A stretch of DNA of 64,000 nt, from positions 62,000,001 through 62,064,000 of the forward strand of contig OY740787.1 in NCBI GenBank assembly GCA_963514005.1. Reading direction: 5' to 3'. The notes under the pieces were generated by a model. That model worked only from the letters and a program-made list of their open reading frames with translations, had not been told where the DNA came from and made no database searches. This document shows positions 12,717 to 26,449 of the stretch, piece after piece. Both the position numbers and the translations under genes were made by a program. The stretch is from Raja brachyura (lineage: Eukaryota). Positions within the stretch are counted from its first letter, which is position 1. The number at the start of each line of letters is the position of its first letter.

Positions 12717-13700
12717 TCAAGAATCCGAGCGTATGAGAGCGATTGAAAATCTGATTGAATTATGCCAGTACAACAACCTTGGTCTCAGTAGTAGCAAGAC
12801 CAAAAAATTAATGAACTTTAGAAGGGGAAATCCGAAGATCCACCAACCTGTCTTCATCAACGGGTCACTGGTGGAGAGAGTCAACAACCTCAAATCCCTG
12901 GACGTGCACATCTCTGAAGGTCTGTGCTGGTCCCAGCACATTGATGCAATCATAAAGGAAGCCCATCAATGTCGCTACTTCCTGAGCTAGCATCTACTTT
13001 TGGAGACCCTCGGACTATCTTTAATCGGACTTTACTGGACTTTATATTGCACTATATGTATGTCATCCCCTGTATCCTGTATCTGTAAACTGTGGATGGC
13101 TCAATTGTAAACAGGTATAATCTCTCCACTGACAGGAAAAAGTTTTTCACTGTACCTCGGTACACGTGACAATAAACTAAACTAAAACCAAACTAAACTA
13201 AAGATTAAGGAGATTTGTTATGTCAACCAATACTCTCTTGAAATGTATTTCACTGTACCTGGTACACATGACAATAAAGAAACCATTGACCATTGACCAT
13301 TGAACCTCTGCAGGTGTACGGTAGAGAGCATATTGACTGGTGGCATTACAGCCTGGTTCAGCAACTCAAATGCCCAGGAACAAAAGTGATTACAAAAGTG
13401 CTGAACACTGCCCAGTCCATCATGGGTACTGACCTTCGCACCATTGAAGTGATCTGTGGGAGGTGCGGCCTCAAAAAACAGCCAGCATCATCAAAGACCA
13501 ACATCACCTTGGCCACACTCTCATATCACCTCTGCCATCTGGAAGAAGATATAGGAGTCTGAAAACCGTGACCACCAGGTTCAAGAATACCTTCTCCCCA
13601 ACAACCTTCAGACTCTTGAACACTACACAACACTTACCTATGAACCATGGACTGTCTTTGGTTAATCTAAATACTTTGGGCTTTTTGGAGTTGTATTGGA
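12717..13700 (+). mobile_element. Rex1/Babar LINE 3' fragment, interrupted by a second 3' tail
   Basis: NNLGLSSSKTKKL..FRR...VERVNNLKSL.VHISEGLCWSQH and LPSGRRYRSLKTVTTRFKNTF.P are typical of the Rex1 RT C-terminus. Confidence 0.8.
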
Positions 13701-14369
13701 GTTATTAATGTATTGAATCTTTTTTATGACATTTATTATGTGTATCGTGTTTACAGGCCTGTTATGCTGTTGTGAGTTACTCTCATAAATAATAATCAAA
13801 TTATATTCTACAGCCTTTTGCTAAGTTCAAACTTTGACCGCAAATATGCAGTGAGATTTTTGTTTTCTCTTTCTGTGTACCTTTCCAAATGTTTGACAGC
13901 AGATGTATATTCATCCTGCGATCCAAGGTTTTTAACATACTTAATAATAGCAATTATTCCGATACTCCAAGGGTACATTTTAAATCTTCTGTCAAAAACC
14001 AAAATAAAATCCATCCCCCTAACCCGAGAATGTACATGTACAGGAATCGACTCCTACACTCTTTGCTTTGCTTTCATCTCCATCTTGAAGATTGTCATCT
14101 TTATTATTCAGCTCCCCTTTCTTTGGAATTCATCCAACTTTTCATACTCGAGGAAACAATTCAGCAAGAAATCGATCATGTATATTTCAAAATTTTTGAA
14201 CAGTTTAAGTGAATAGGATATTTTTTCAGGAATTTATAAAAGAGAAATGTTTTTGTCACATATTTGGTTGGAATTTTAAATGGGTTTTCTGTTGTAATAA
14301 TTAATGTGTTCTGCATAGGTTATCTTATGGAAGGACAACATAGGAATTATGTTAGACATAAGAAAGATC

Positions 14370-14833
14370 AGATGCTGGTTAACAAAATAAAGACATAAAG
14401 TGCTGGAGTAACTCCGTGGGTCAGGTAGCATTCTGGAGAACATGAATAGGTGATGTTTCGTGGTCGGGACTCTTCTTCAGACTGATTGTGGTGAGAAGTG
14501 GGGGTGACAGCTGGAAGAGAGCGACTAGGACAATGCTTGGAGAGTGATCGTGGATACAGGTGAGGGAGGTGGGGTTGATTGGCAGATGGTTGGACAAAGG
14601 CCAGAGATGAAGAGGCAAAAGGTGTGAGATAAGGATAGAAAAGAGCGAATTGTGAAGCTGGAGGAAGGAATATAGGCGGAAGGACAGGGGGAGGGAGAAT
14701 GGAAGTGGGCTACAGGGAAGAGGGGTGGAATGAGAAAAATAGGAGGGTTGTTTGTTGGTTATTTACCTAAAATTGGAGAATTCAGTGCTCATACCGTTAG
14801 GTTGTAAAATACCGAAGTAGAATATGAGGTGTT
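14370..14833 (-). mobile_element. Penelope-like element 3' end (GIY-YIG C-terminus plus terminal repeat); continues at 22391-22500
   Basis: Minus strand reads HLIFYFGILQPNGMSTEFSNFR*, continuing from HFHLPSHPHTDPPVLGLLYCQSEATC*LE at 22391-22490. Confidence 0.75.
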
Positions 14834-15048
14834 AGAAACATAGACAATAGGAACATTTGGCCCTTCAAGCCAGCACCATCATTCATTGTGATCATGGCTG
14901 ATCATGCACAATCAGTACCCCATTCGTGCCTTCTCCCCATATCCCTTGATTCTGTTAACCCCTAGAGCTCTATCTAACTCTCTTTTAAATTCATCCAGTG
15001 AATTGGCCTCCATTGCCTTCTGTGGCAGAGAATTCCACAAATTCACAA

Positions 15049-17676
15049 TTCAAAATTCCAGGATCATATAGAGCAATTGCTCTTCTAAATACGGATCAAA
15101 AAATATTAACTAAAATTTTATCTCAAAGGTTAAGTTTAGTGATCAATAAATTAATACATCATGATCAAACAGGCTTTATCCCTAAACGCTATTCTACTTA
15201 TAATTTGCGACGTCTATTCAATATCATATATTCAAAAAGAATTAATGATATTGAATTAGCTGTTATATCCCTGGACGCAGAAAAAGCATTTGACCAGGTT
15301 GAATGGCCTTACCTATTTAGGATAATGCAGAAATTTCAACTGGAGGAAGGATTCTGTAAATGGGTTCGAATTTTATATTCTGGCCCAACAGCAAAAATCC
15401 TAACAAATCAAATGTTATCAGCCAAATTTAATCTCTCTAGGGGTTGTAGACAAGGATGTCCGTTATCACCTTTATTATTCGCTCTTGCAATAGAATTATT
15501 AGCCAAAAGGATTAGATCGGAACCAGAAATTTATGGATATAACACCAATACCACAATTAATAAAATATCTTTATGCGCAGATGACGTCTTAATATACATA
15601 ACAAAACCAGAGATTAGTATCCCTAAGTTACTTAATGTTATAACTGAATTTAGTATGTTCTCAGGATATAGAATTAATTGGAATAACAGTGTAATTATGC
15701 CTATAACAGGAATAAAATTGAATAAATTACAAAAAATTCCATTCAAAATAGTTAATGACCAAATTAAATATCTTGGAGTTAATGTATCCAAATCTTATAA
15801 TTCTCTATTTAAATCAAATTTCCCCCAATTACTAAATAAACTAAAAAATAATATCTTATATTGGAAAACATTACCAATATCAATGATCGGCAGGATAAAT
15901 GCCATTAAAATGATTTTTTTACCACGATTACTATATTTATTTCAAGCTATCCCGCTATATCTTCCTAAAACTTTTTTTTTTTAAATGATTTCATTGTCAA
16001 TAGCTTTATTTGGGGTTATAAAAATCACAGAATAAGTAAAAGACATTTATGTAAATCTAAGATAAATGGTGGACTAGCACTACCTGATTTTCTATATTAT
16101 TTCTGGGCGGTTCAGATTAAGAATATTAATTTTTGGTTGGTAAACATGGATCAGGACCCAGCTTGGTTAAAAATGGAAAAGGAAGATTGTTTACCCTTTG
16201 ATATAAGTACAATACTCCTTGCCCCAAGGGTGGTACAAAAAAAAATTATAGGGAAAATCCTATAATTTTAAGCAATATACGTATTTGGAAACAAATAGTT
16301 AAGACTTTACATTTAGAAAATATGTTGCTTTGCTTACCAATTATGAATAATCCTCTGTTTAAGCCCTCTTTATTGGATGGGGGGTTTAGACATTGGAAAA
16401 ATTTAGGAATTATAAGGATAGAACATCTTTACAGGAATGGGAAATTTCTCTCATTTCAAGAGTTGAAAGATATTTATGGATTGCACTCAAATAACTTACT
16501 TAGATATTTACAAATCAGAAATTATGTTAAATCAAATACGCAAGATTATAGAAATAGAGAACCAGGTTTACTGGATGAAGTGCTTAATAAGCATCCAAAC
16601 ACAGAGAAATTAATAGCATATATATATAATATCCTTTTGGACAGGGAAATACCAACAATAGAATCATTTCGACAAATATGGGAAAATGAAACTGGTTTAC
16701 CGATATTAAAAGACTTTTAGGAAGAAAGTTTACAACGTATACATCGTTGTTCGTTAAATGCCAGACATACTTTGATACAATTCAAAGTATTACATAGATT
16801 ACATTATTCAAAAAAGAAATTAAATAGAATTTTTCCTAATATATCCCCATTGTGTGATAAATGTCAGCACATAGAAGCTGATTTAACACATAGTTTTGTA
16901 ACATGCACAAAACTTAATAGTTATTGGACTGAGATTTTTTTAATTATTTCTATAGTTCTTAAGATTATATTAAATCCTGACCCAAAGCTAATAATATTTG
17001 GTGTTTTAGATTCAAATCAGACATTAACAGTAAATCAAAGAAATTTTCTTGATTACTGTTTAACGATTGGAAAAAAATTAATATTAAAATTCTGGAAGGG
17101 ACCATTATCCCCTACAATCAAAATATGGACAGTGGAAATGTTGGAGACGTTGCAATTGGAGAGAATTAGGTTTATCCAAATGGATAAACACGAACTTTTT
17201 GAACAAATATGGTCTCCATTCACTGATTATATGAAGGGGTAGCTGGGCTCAGCATTGTAACTCAACAAGTACCCGGTGGTAAGATCAGATGAACAGGTTT
17301 AATCTGAGATTTGTATACTCGTCTCTATATATATTATTATTAGAAATTGTTCCATTCATTGTTAAGATGTATACTTTTTTTTATTTTTAAGTATAATAAT
17401 TGTTTGTCAGTAATATGGGGTTTTTTTTTTTGGTTTTTTTAAAAAAAATTTTTGTTTTTTTCTTCTCACATATAATCAAAATTATAATCACACTTTTTAA
17501 ATTAAACATCTATTTTTTCTTTACTCTTTTTTCTTTTCACTATTTTAAAAAAAATTGAGGCTTATATATATTGCTTTGTAATATTCATATAACTTTGGAA
17601 ATATGTAATATGTATATCTGAAAAAGCTTATATTATTTGTAACACGTATGGCTTCTAATAAAAATATTTTTAAAAA
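15049..17676 (+). mobile_element. L1-clade LINE, 5'-truncated (ORF2 RT to 3' UTR), frameshifted
   Basis: SYRAIALLNTD, SLDAEKAFD, GCRQGCPLSP, CADD and C-terminal CDKC...H...C; AATAAA plus A tail; TSD aaattcacaa at 15039-15048 and 17677-17686. Confidence 0.93.
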
Positions 17677-18799
17677 AAATTCACAACTCTCCGGGTGAAA
17701 AAGTTTTTTCTCATCTCAGTTTTAAATGGCCTCCCCTTTAGTCTTAGAATGTGGCCCCTGGTTCTGGACTCCCCCAACATTGGAAACATTTTTCCTGCAT
17801 CTAAATTGTCCAGTTCTTTTATAATTTTATCCATTAATATAAGATCCCCTCTCATCCTTCCAAATTCCAGTGAATACGAGGCCAGTCCTTCGAATCTTTC
17901 CTCATATGACAGTCCCGCCATCCCAGGGATTAACCTCGTGAACCTGCGCTGCATTGCCTCAATCGCAAGGATGCCCTTCCTCAAATTAGGAGACCAAACC
18001 TGCACACAATACTCCAGATGTGGTCTCACCAGGGCCCTGTGCAATTGCAGAAGAACCTCTTTACTCCTATACTCAAATCCTCTTGTTATGAAGGCCAACA
18101 TGCCACTAGCTTTCTTCACTGCCTGCTATACCTGCATGTTTACTTTCAGTGACTGGTATACAAGAACACCTAGGTCTCGTTGCACTTCCCTTTTTCCTAA
18201 TCTGACACTATTGAGATAATAGTTTTGTTTGCCACCAAAGGGGATAAACTCATATTTATCTACATTATACTGCAACTGCCATGCATCTGCCCACTCGCTC
18301 AACCGGTCCAAGTCACCCTGCAACCTCCTTGCATCCACTTTGCAGTTCACTCTGCCACCCAGCTTGGTTCCATCTGCAAATTTGCTAGTGTTACTTTTAA
18401 TCCCATCATCTGAATTATTAATATATATTGTAAATAGTTGCGGCCCCAGTACCGAGCCTTGCGGCACTCCACTCGCCACTGCCTGCCATTGTGACAGGGA
18501 CCCGTTTATTCCTAATCTTTGTTTCCTGTCTTCTAACCAATTATCTATTCATGTTAATACCCTACCCCTAATACCATGTGCTCTAATTGTTTCCACAAAT
18601 TTCCTGTGTGAGACCTTATCAAAGGATTTCTGAAAGTCCAGATACACTATATCCACTGGCTCACCTTCATCCATTTTACTTGCCACATCCTCAAAAAATT
18701 CCAGAAGATTAGTCAAGCAGGATTTCACCTTCACAAAACCATGCTGACTTGACCAATCCTTATACTGCTATCCAAATGCACCGTTATCACTTTTTTAAT

Positions 18800-21247
18800 G
18801 CTAAGACTTTGGCATGTAGATTAAGCTTGGTTATTAGTAAATTAATACATCCAGATAAAACTGGGTTTATACCTAATCGACATTTATTTTATAATTTAAG
18901 ACATTTATTTAATATGATATACTCGCATAGAACGACAAACGATCTAACAATTGTTTCTCTAGACGCAGAAAAAGCTTTCGACCAAGTGGAATGGGCTTAT
19001 CTTTTCACTGTTGGAAAAATTCCAATTAGGAGAAAACTTAATCTCATGGGCGAAGCTGTTATACACTAATCTGACAGCCAGAATACTGACAAACCAAATG
19101 CTTTCACCTAAATTTCACTTATCCAGGGGTTACAGACAAGGATGCGCCCTTTCACCAATGCTATTTGCTTTAGCCATAGAACCCCTTGCAGAGAGTATTG
19201 GGACACATTTGGGCAATCATGGATATAACACTAAATATACCAGCAATAAAACATTGTTATATGCAGACGGTGTACTTTTATACATTACTAATTTCCAAGT
19301 TAGTATCCCAAATGTATTAAACATTAGAGAACAATTTGGTGCTTTTTCAGGTTATAGATTAAATTGGAATAAAAGTGAAATTATGCCAATAAAAGCTCAA
19401 GATCCTTCTCAACCCCAAAGATTTCCCTTCAGAATTGTTACCGAAAAATTTAAATATCTCGGAGTTTACGTGACTAGAAAATACTCCTTTCTATTTAAAA
19501 CAAATTTCCCACCACTAATTACTAAACGATATGCCTACATTCAATTCTGGAAAACACTTCCTATTTCCCTTATAGGTAGAGTAAATGCCATAAAGATGAT
19601 CTTCCTTCCACAACTCCTATATTTATTTCAATCAATACTGATATATCTCCCCAAAAGTTTTTTTAGTAATTGATTCTACTATTACTAACTTCATTTGGGA
19701 CTACAAAACCCACAGAATACATAAAAGACATTTGTGAAAATCCAAATAAAACAGAGGATTAGCACTTCCTACCTTTCTTTTCTATTACTGGGCGACTAAC
19801 ATTAAAAATATAATTTTCTGGTTGGACGATACATGTCAACAGGTAAAATGTTTAAAAATGGAGAGGGAAGATTGTTTGCCTTTTAACATAGGCTCAATTC
19901 TTCTATCTCCAATACATCTGAATAAGTCAACGTATGAGCAAAATCCAATAATACACAGTACCCTACATATCTGGAAACAGTTGAAATTAAGTCTTAAACT
20001 GAGAAATTTGTCTCTCCTTCTGCCCATTGCTAACAATCCCTCGTTTAAACCATCTACTTTAGATAAGGTGTTTGTTCAATGGAAAAACCAAGGACTTAAT
20101 ACAGCAGGAGACCTCTATAAGGAGGGGACTTTCTTTTATTTTCAAGAACTACAGGAGAAATATCATTTGAAAGCATGCAATCTTTTTAGATACTTTCAAA
20201 TCCGAGATAATGTGAAAACATACACACAATATTGTCCTTTTATGGGTCCAGATATACTAGACGATTGTCTGAATAGACATGCCGATACAAGTAAGTTGAT
20301 ATTTTACATTTATAACACTCTCTTAAATATTGATACCCCACCTTCTGAGATGTATAGGCGAGCATGGGAAGACGAGTTGGGTTTATCTATTTCAAAAGAT
20401 ATATGTGAGGAAAGCCTACTATACATACATTACTGCTCTCTCAATGTCAGGCACTTCCTGATACAATTTAAAATACTGCATAGGCTATACTATTCAAAGT
20501 AAATTGAATAAGATTTTCCCAACTGTCTCCCCTATCTGTGATAAATGTCACCTCCAAGAAGCGACCTTAACCCATTCCTTTGCATCCTGTATAAAGATAC
20601 GAAATTTCTGGATAGGAATATTCGGTATCATCTCTAAAACGCTTAAAATTAAACTGGAGCCAGATGCAAAACTAATAATTTTAGGAATGTCAGAGGGCTG
20701 TTCTAAGTTAATGACATTTCAATGTGATGTTTCCTTGACTACGGCTTAATAACTGTGAAAAACATACTCAAATTCTGGAAAAAGATAACAGTTTCTACAG
20801 TGAAGATGTGGATCACTGAAATGACCGAGACGCTACATTTAGAAAAAAATTAGGCTTGTTTTGACTGATAAAGGAGACCGATTCTCCAAAACGGTCTCCT
20901 TTCACTGAATTTCTTCAACAGCAGAATGGTTGAACACAAATTTAAAACCGATGCTTGGGATGGGTGAGCGGGGGGGATGGACAGTGGGGCATATCTCCGT
21001 TTTATTTCTTCTTGCACCTCGTTAGTAGTTCAGGGGTTTTTTCTTCTCTCTTTTTTGTATTTTTCTTATTTTTCTTCATTCTTTCCTTTTTTCTCTTTTT
21101 CTCGATTTATGTATCAATTTATTCTTCTCGATTTATGTATCAATTTATAAAATGTTAAAAATGAAGCTGTACGAAAATTGTATAACTGTCATGCCGATTG
21201 CCTTATTCTTGTACAATTGCTTCTAATAAAATATACATTAAAAAAAA
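18800..21247 (+). mobile_element. L1-clade LINE (second subfamily), 5'-truncated, decayed
   Basis: SLDAEKAFDQVEW, GYRQGCALSP, YADG and CDKC..H...C; AATAAA plus poly(A); TSD acttttttaat/acttatttaat at 18789-18799 and 21248-21258. Confidence 0.92.
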
Positions 21248-22280
21248 ACTTATTTAATAATTGACTCTAGCACCTTCCCCACCACTGATGTCAGGCTAAC
21301 TGGTCTATAATTCCCTGTTTTCTTTCTCGCTCCTTTCTTGAAAAGTGGGATAACATTAGCTACCCTCCAATCCACAGGAACTAATCCTGAATCTATAGAA
21401 CATTGGAAAATGATCACCAATGCATCTACGATTTCTCGAGCCACCTCCTTGAGTACCTTGGGATGCAGACCGTCAGGACCTGGGGATTTATAGGCCTTCA
21501 GTCCCATCAGTCTACCCAATACTATTTCTCGCCTAATGCAAATTTCTTTCAGTTCCTCTGTCTCCCGAGATCCTCTGACCTCTAGTACATCTAGGAGATG
21601 TTTCTGTCTTCCTTAGTGAAGACAGAATCAAAGTACCTGTTCAACTCCTATGCCATTTCCTTGTTCCCCATAATAATTTCACCTGTTTCTGCCTTCAAGG
21701 GACCCACAGTTGTCTTTACTAATCTTTTTCTCTTAAAATTTCTCTTAACATCTCTTTTCTCTTAACAAGAAGCCTTCACTGTCCTTCTTTATATTCTTGG
21801 CCAGCTTCCCCTCGTACTTCATCTTTTCACCCCGTATTGCCCTTTTTGTTCCCTTCTGTTGTCCTTTGAAAGTTATACACTTTTTCTTTTAGTTTTTTTC
21901 TATCCCTAACTTCCCTTGTCAGCCACAGTTCTCTCTTACTCCCCTTAGAATCTTTCTTCCTCTTTGGATGAAATGATCCTGCATCTTCTGGATTATTCCC
22001 AGAAATTCCTGCCACTGCTGTTCCACTGTCATTCCTGCTACGATCCTTTTCCAGTCGACCTTGGCTAGCTCCTCTCTCATGCCTTCATAGTCTCCTTTGT
22101 TCAACTGCAACACTGACACTTCCGATTTAACCTTCTCCCACTCAAATTGCAGCTTAAAACTTATCATATTATGATCACTACCTCCTAATGGTTCCTTTAC
22201 CTTGAGTTCCCTTATTAAATCTGGTTCATTAGACAACACTAAATCCAGAATTGCCTTCTCTCTGGTAGGCTCCAGTATAA

Positions 22281-22740
22281 GCTGTTTTAAGAATCCATCT
22301 CAGAGGCACTCTACAAACTCCCTTTCTTGGGGTCCAGAACCAACCTGCTTTTTCCAGTCCACTTGCATATTGAAATCTCCCATAGCCACAGTGTTGTACT
22401 TCCAATTAGCATGTGGCCTCACTCTGGCAATAGAGGAGGCCCAGGACAGGAGGGTCAGTATGGGGATGGGAAGGTAAGTGAAAATGGTGAGTATCAGGGA
22501 TATCCAGTGTGATTGTTATGTCACCTGTTCTCCAGAGATGCTGCCTGACTTGTTAAGTTACTCCAGCACATTGTGTCTTTTTTTGTAAACCATCATCTGC
22601 AGTTCCTTGTTTCTTCAAAACTGCAGAACTACTTAACAACAAAATTACATCAGCTACATTCTAAATGTTGTCTAATTAAATGGATAAGAAAGGTTTGGGC
22701 CAAGTGCGGACATGTGTGACGAGCTTAGATGGGCCATCTT
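22281..22740 (+). repeat. Left arm of a local inverted duplication
   Basis: Reverse complement of 25180-25636, including the CR1/Penelope junction and an AT-rich non-repeat stretch. Confidence 0.88.
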
Positions 22741-22809
22741 GGTCTGGATGCCCTGCTTCAGTGCTGTAAGATTCTGTGACTCGACAAGATGTCAGAATTG
22801 TAAGACAGT

Positions 22810-23350
22810 AGAGTCATAGAGTGATACAACTTGGAAACAGGCCCATTTCACACACCAACCAACATGTCCCATCTATGCTAGTACCACCTGCCTGCCCCAT
22901 ATCCTTCTAAACCTGTCTTATCCATGTACCTGTCTAAATGTTTCTTAAACATTGCAATAGAACCTACCTCAACCACCTCCTCTCACAGGCTCATTCCATG
23001 CACAACAACCCTTTGTATGAAAAAGTTATGCCTCAGGTTCCTATTAAATCTTACCCCCCTCATCTTCTAGTTCTTGAATCCCCTACTCTGCCATAGAGTC
23101 ATAGAGTCATACAGTGTGGAAACTTGCTCACACAAGCCAAGAGAGTAAGCACTGCGCAAGAGACTCGATTTACCAATCTATTCCCCTCATTTACCCAATC
23201 TATTCCTCTCATTATTTTCTATGCCTCACCACTCAGCCTCCTGTGCTCCACAGAATAGTTCTGAGCCTGCCCAACCTCTCCTGATAGGTCAGGCCCTAGG
23301 GTCCTGGCAACACCCTCGCAACTCTTCTCTACACCCTGTCCACTTGGATG
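22810..23350 (-). mobile_element. CR1-type 3' fragments
   Basis: catagagt tail repeats and the tccatgtacctgtctaaatgtttcttaaac motif shared with other CR1 3' ends. Confidence 0.7.
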
Positions 23351-23549
23351 ACATCAAATACAAATATTTTGCAAGTTAGTAGCTTGAGCTTCTGCTTTTA
23401 TTTAATAGATGCGCAAAATAACTCAGCCTTGTGATGACAAGTCCTTGCACAAGGACAACTCCAGAGCCGTGATCAGCAGCACAAACATCGGTACCCTGGA
23501 CAAAGCTTTTCACTGAGCTGAGGACACAGTCTAAGGAGAAACAGTCGTG

Positions 23550-23793
23550 TCCAATAACCTGTTATTGGATTGACTTGCCTGCTCCTCCTCAGCCCCACTC
23601 CCTATAAACCAAGGCAGTTCCAGCCAGGGAGAAAGGAGGAGAGAGAGTGTTTACGAATGATCCAAAGCAACACACACAGTGAAGATCAATCTTTATTCCA
23701 GAGGCAAACAGTAACATTTAAACAGCCAGCCACTCTCATCTCGCTCGGCGTGGCTTGTGAGTGAGAGAGAGAGAGAGCCGACTGACCTTGAAG
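23550..23793 (+). promoter_or_regulatory. Candidate Pol II core promoter and 5' UTR
   Basis: Inverted CCAAT pair (tccaataacctgttattgga, 23550-23569), TATAAA at 23603-23608, and a GA-rich downstream segment running into the gap. Confidence 0.4.
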
Positions 23794-23945
23794 NNNNNNN
23801 NNNNNNNNNNNNNNNNNNNNNNNNNNNNNNNNNNNNNNNNNNNNNNNNNNNNNNNNNNNNNNNNNNNNNNNNNNNNNNNNNNNNNNNNNNNNNNNNNNNN
23901 NNNNNNNNNNNNNNNNNNNNNNNNNNNNNNNNNNNNNNNNNNNNN
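23794..23945. other. Assembly gap (152 N)
   Basis: Run of n characters. Confidence 0.99.
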
Positions 23946-24099
23946 GGTAGCGTGCACAAATGTGTAGTGGAAATTATAAATGGCATGGATTAATAAGGGT
24001 TAATCTATATCCTTCCTCTTAAAGAAGCAGAGCATATATATAGTGGTCAGTGGAGAATATTGTAAAACACCAATATAAAGTGCAGCATTTATTATTTTA

Positions 24100-25177
24100 C
24101 GTGTACATGCCTGTGCATATACGAGCACGTAAAGCAAGACGGGTCATGCACAGTGCAAGTGTAGCCGGTGAATTTTCCATCAGCGGGTTTGGCTTGCAGA
24201 CACGACCTGCACGTGTACGCTAGTACCCTGCGTGCGCCTCATCTTTCGCTGAGGGAGCTAGTCCCTTATCGGGTGAACACGGAGGAGAAGCCACTGGTGG
24301 AGATGGAGGCACCGGGGAAGGCAGGGATAGTGCAGGCACTGGCAGAAGAATCACTGGAGTGGTATTTGCAGAACGTGAGGGAGGACTGACAGGCTGGTCA
24401 GGGTAAGGACTTGGAGGTGCCGGTTCATTAACCAGCGTTCCATTAGTTCTTTTGCACTTCTTACCGTGCGCCCGGCGAAGCCGTTGGACTGTGAGTACTC
24501 GGGGCTGCTGGTGATGTGGTGATAATCTGAGCATTTCGCAAAATCACTGAAGAGCTGAATGGAGAATTGAGTTCCATTGTCTGAGAGTAGCTTGAGGGGT
24601 GCTCCTTGGACAGGGAAGTGGCAAGTGTGCTTTTGAATGGCCATGGCTGAGGTCGGGCTACTGAGCAGGTCGATTTAAAACCATCCTGAGTAGGAATCGA
24701 CTGGAACCAGGTATTATTTGCCATGACACTCAAAGATGTCGGCTGCTACTGTGGACCAGGGTAAGTCCAGTGTGTGGTGCGGGAGAAGTAGTTGTTTCTG
24801 TTGGTGCGGGGTCAGGCTGTTGCAAATCGGGCAGGCAGCAACTTTCTCGAGAATGTAGTCAGCCATGTCAGGCCAGACAAGCATACCTTTTGCATGTTGG
24901 AGGGTTATATCTACAGCAGGATGCCCCCATGGACAATATCGAAGTACTTACTGTGAAGAGACGTCGGGATGAATGCCTTATGTCCTTTCATTATAATGCT
25001 GTCTTGAATGACCAGTTCGTCGCGGACAGGGTAGAATGGGCAGACAGCTTGCGGTAGGGGGTGCTGTTTGTCTGGCATGACAGTGGCCAGCGATTGTAGC
25101 GTTTCGTCTGCAGCTGTTTGTGCCACTAGGATGTCTAAGCCCACGGAAGGCCTGGGTTGGAATGCCACGCCTTCCAT
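24100..25177 (-). mobile_element. Gypsy LTR retrotransposon integrase fragment
   Basis: PFYPVRDELVIQDSIIMKGHK..IP, LLSDNGTQFS and HITSSPEYSQSNG.A.RTVRSAK across frameshifts. Confidence 0.85.
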
Positions 25178-25179
25178 CT

Positions 25180-25636
25180 AAGATGGCCCATCTAAGCTAG
25201 TCCCATTTGTCCGCATTTGGCCCAAACTTTTCTTATCCATTTAATTAGACAACATTTAGAATGTAGCTGATGTAATTTTGTTGTTAAGTAGTTCTGCAGT
25301 TTTGAAGAAACAAGGATGATGGTTTACAAAAAAAGACACAATGTGCTGGAGTAACTCAAAAAGTCAGGCAACATCTTTGGAGAACATGGACAGGTGACAT
25401 AACAATCACACTGGATATCCCTGTTACTCACATTTTAAGTTACCTTCCCATCCCCATACTGACCCTCCTGTCCTGGGCCTCCTCTATTGTCAGAGTGAGG
25501 CCGCATGCTAATTGGAAGAACAACACTGTGGTTATGGGAGATTTCAATATGCAAGTGGACTCGGAAAATCAGGTTGGTTCAGGACCGCAAGAAACGGAGT
25601 TTGTAGAGTGCCTCTGAGATGGATTTTTAGAACAGC
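25180..25636 (-). repeat. Right arm of the local inverted duplication
   Basis: Reverse complement of 22281-22740 with scattered substitutions and small indels. Confidence 0.88.
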
Positions 25637-25957
25637 GTGAAAAAAGGCCCCCTTCCGCCCACCGAGCCCGCACCGACCAGCAATCGCCGCACATTAACAC
25701 TATCCTACATACATTAGGGACAATTTACACGTATACCAAGCGATTTAACCTACAACCTGTACATCTTTGGAATGTGGGAGGAAATCGAAGATTTCATTTT
25801 CACACTTCTGTACCTCTTGCCTGATGGGAGAAAGGAGATACGGGGCCATACCGCGGTCACGGGGAGAACATACAAACTCCGTACAACAGCACCCGTAGTT
25901 GGAATCAAGCCCGGGTGTCCGGCGTTGCAAGGCAGCAACTCTACCGCTGCGTCACCA
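25637..25957 (-). mobile_element. tRNA-derived SINE with a small internal insert
   Basis: Head and core as in the other copies; a ~50 bp Rex1-like piece at ~25797-25845. Confidence 0.75.
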
Positions 25958-26449
25958 TAATGCACCATTTAGTTCCATAGTCACCAGGCCTACTCCTGAT
26001 CAGATCAAGATGATCTGATGAGTTTTAATCTTTGTTTAATGCTTCCTTCTTTGCAATATTAATTATGCTGTGGCTTATCATTCGAGAATTGCTAAGAATT
26101 TGATGAGGTTTTAACAAAAATTATGTCAAACACTTTCATCGCTGACAGCTCATCATTTATCTTTACGTCCATTGAGATTGATATTACCATTGGGTTATGG
26201 TGCAAAGAAAATGATAATAGATCAATGGACCTTTTTACATATCTTCCAATTCTTCTTTCCATTGAAGTAATTGCACAGTTTAAATTTCACTCAAGAACAT
26301 TTGTTATACAACTTGAATATTTTTATCATTTCCAAATATTTAAATCCATGTAAACGTCCTACTTATTTGCAAGTCGAGGACAGAGAACATAAAGCAGTAC
26401 AGCACACGTCAGGCCTTTTGGCCCATATTGTCCATGCTGAATATGATGC

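Larger units (their letters stand above)
14834..22390 (-). mobile_element. Long 5'-truncated CR1 LINE (decayed ORF2), interrupted by two L1 insertions
   Basis: EPLGGSDHN (end of endonuclease domain), KSPGPDGLHP...GNYRPVSLTSVV, SCLTNLLEFFE...YLDFQK, SGVPQGSVLGP, LVRPHLEYCVQ; (TTTCTA)-like tail at 14834; gtgtt direct repeat at 14829-14833 and 22391-22395. Confidence 0.92.

Noticed and set aside
13808-14216. Overlapping ORFs of 68-132 aa in non-repeat DNA as a possible host exon
   Set aside because: No recognisable domain and no convincing splice pair with an open frame.
14998-15984. 328-aa RT ORF as a functional or domesticated gene
   Set aside because: It is a 5'-truncated L1. The ORF start comes from flanking antisense CR1, and the downstream frame has frameshifts and a stop.
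23693-23993. ORFs spanning X runs
   Set aside because: Artefacts of the N gap.
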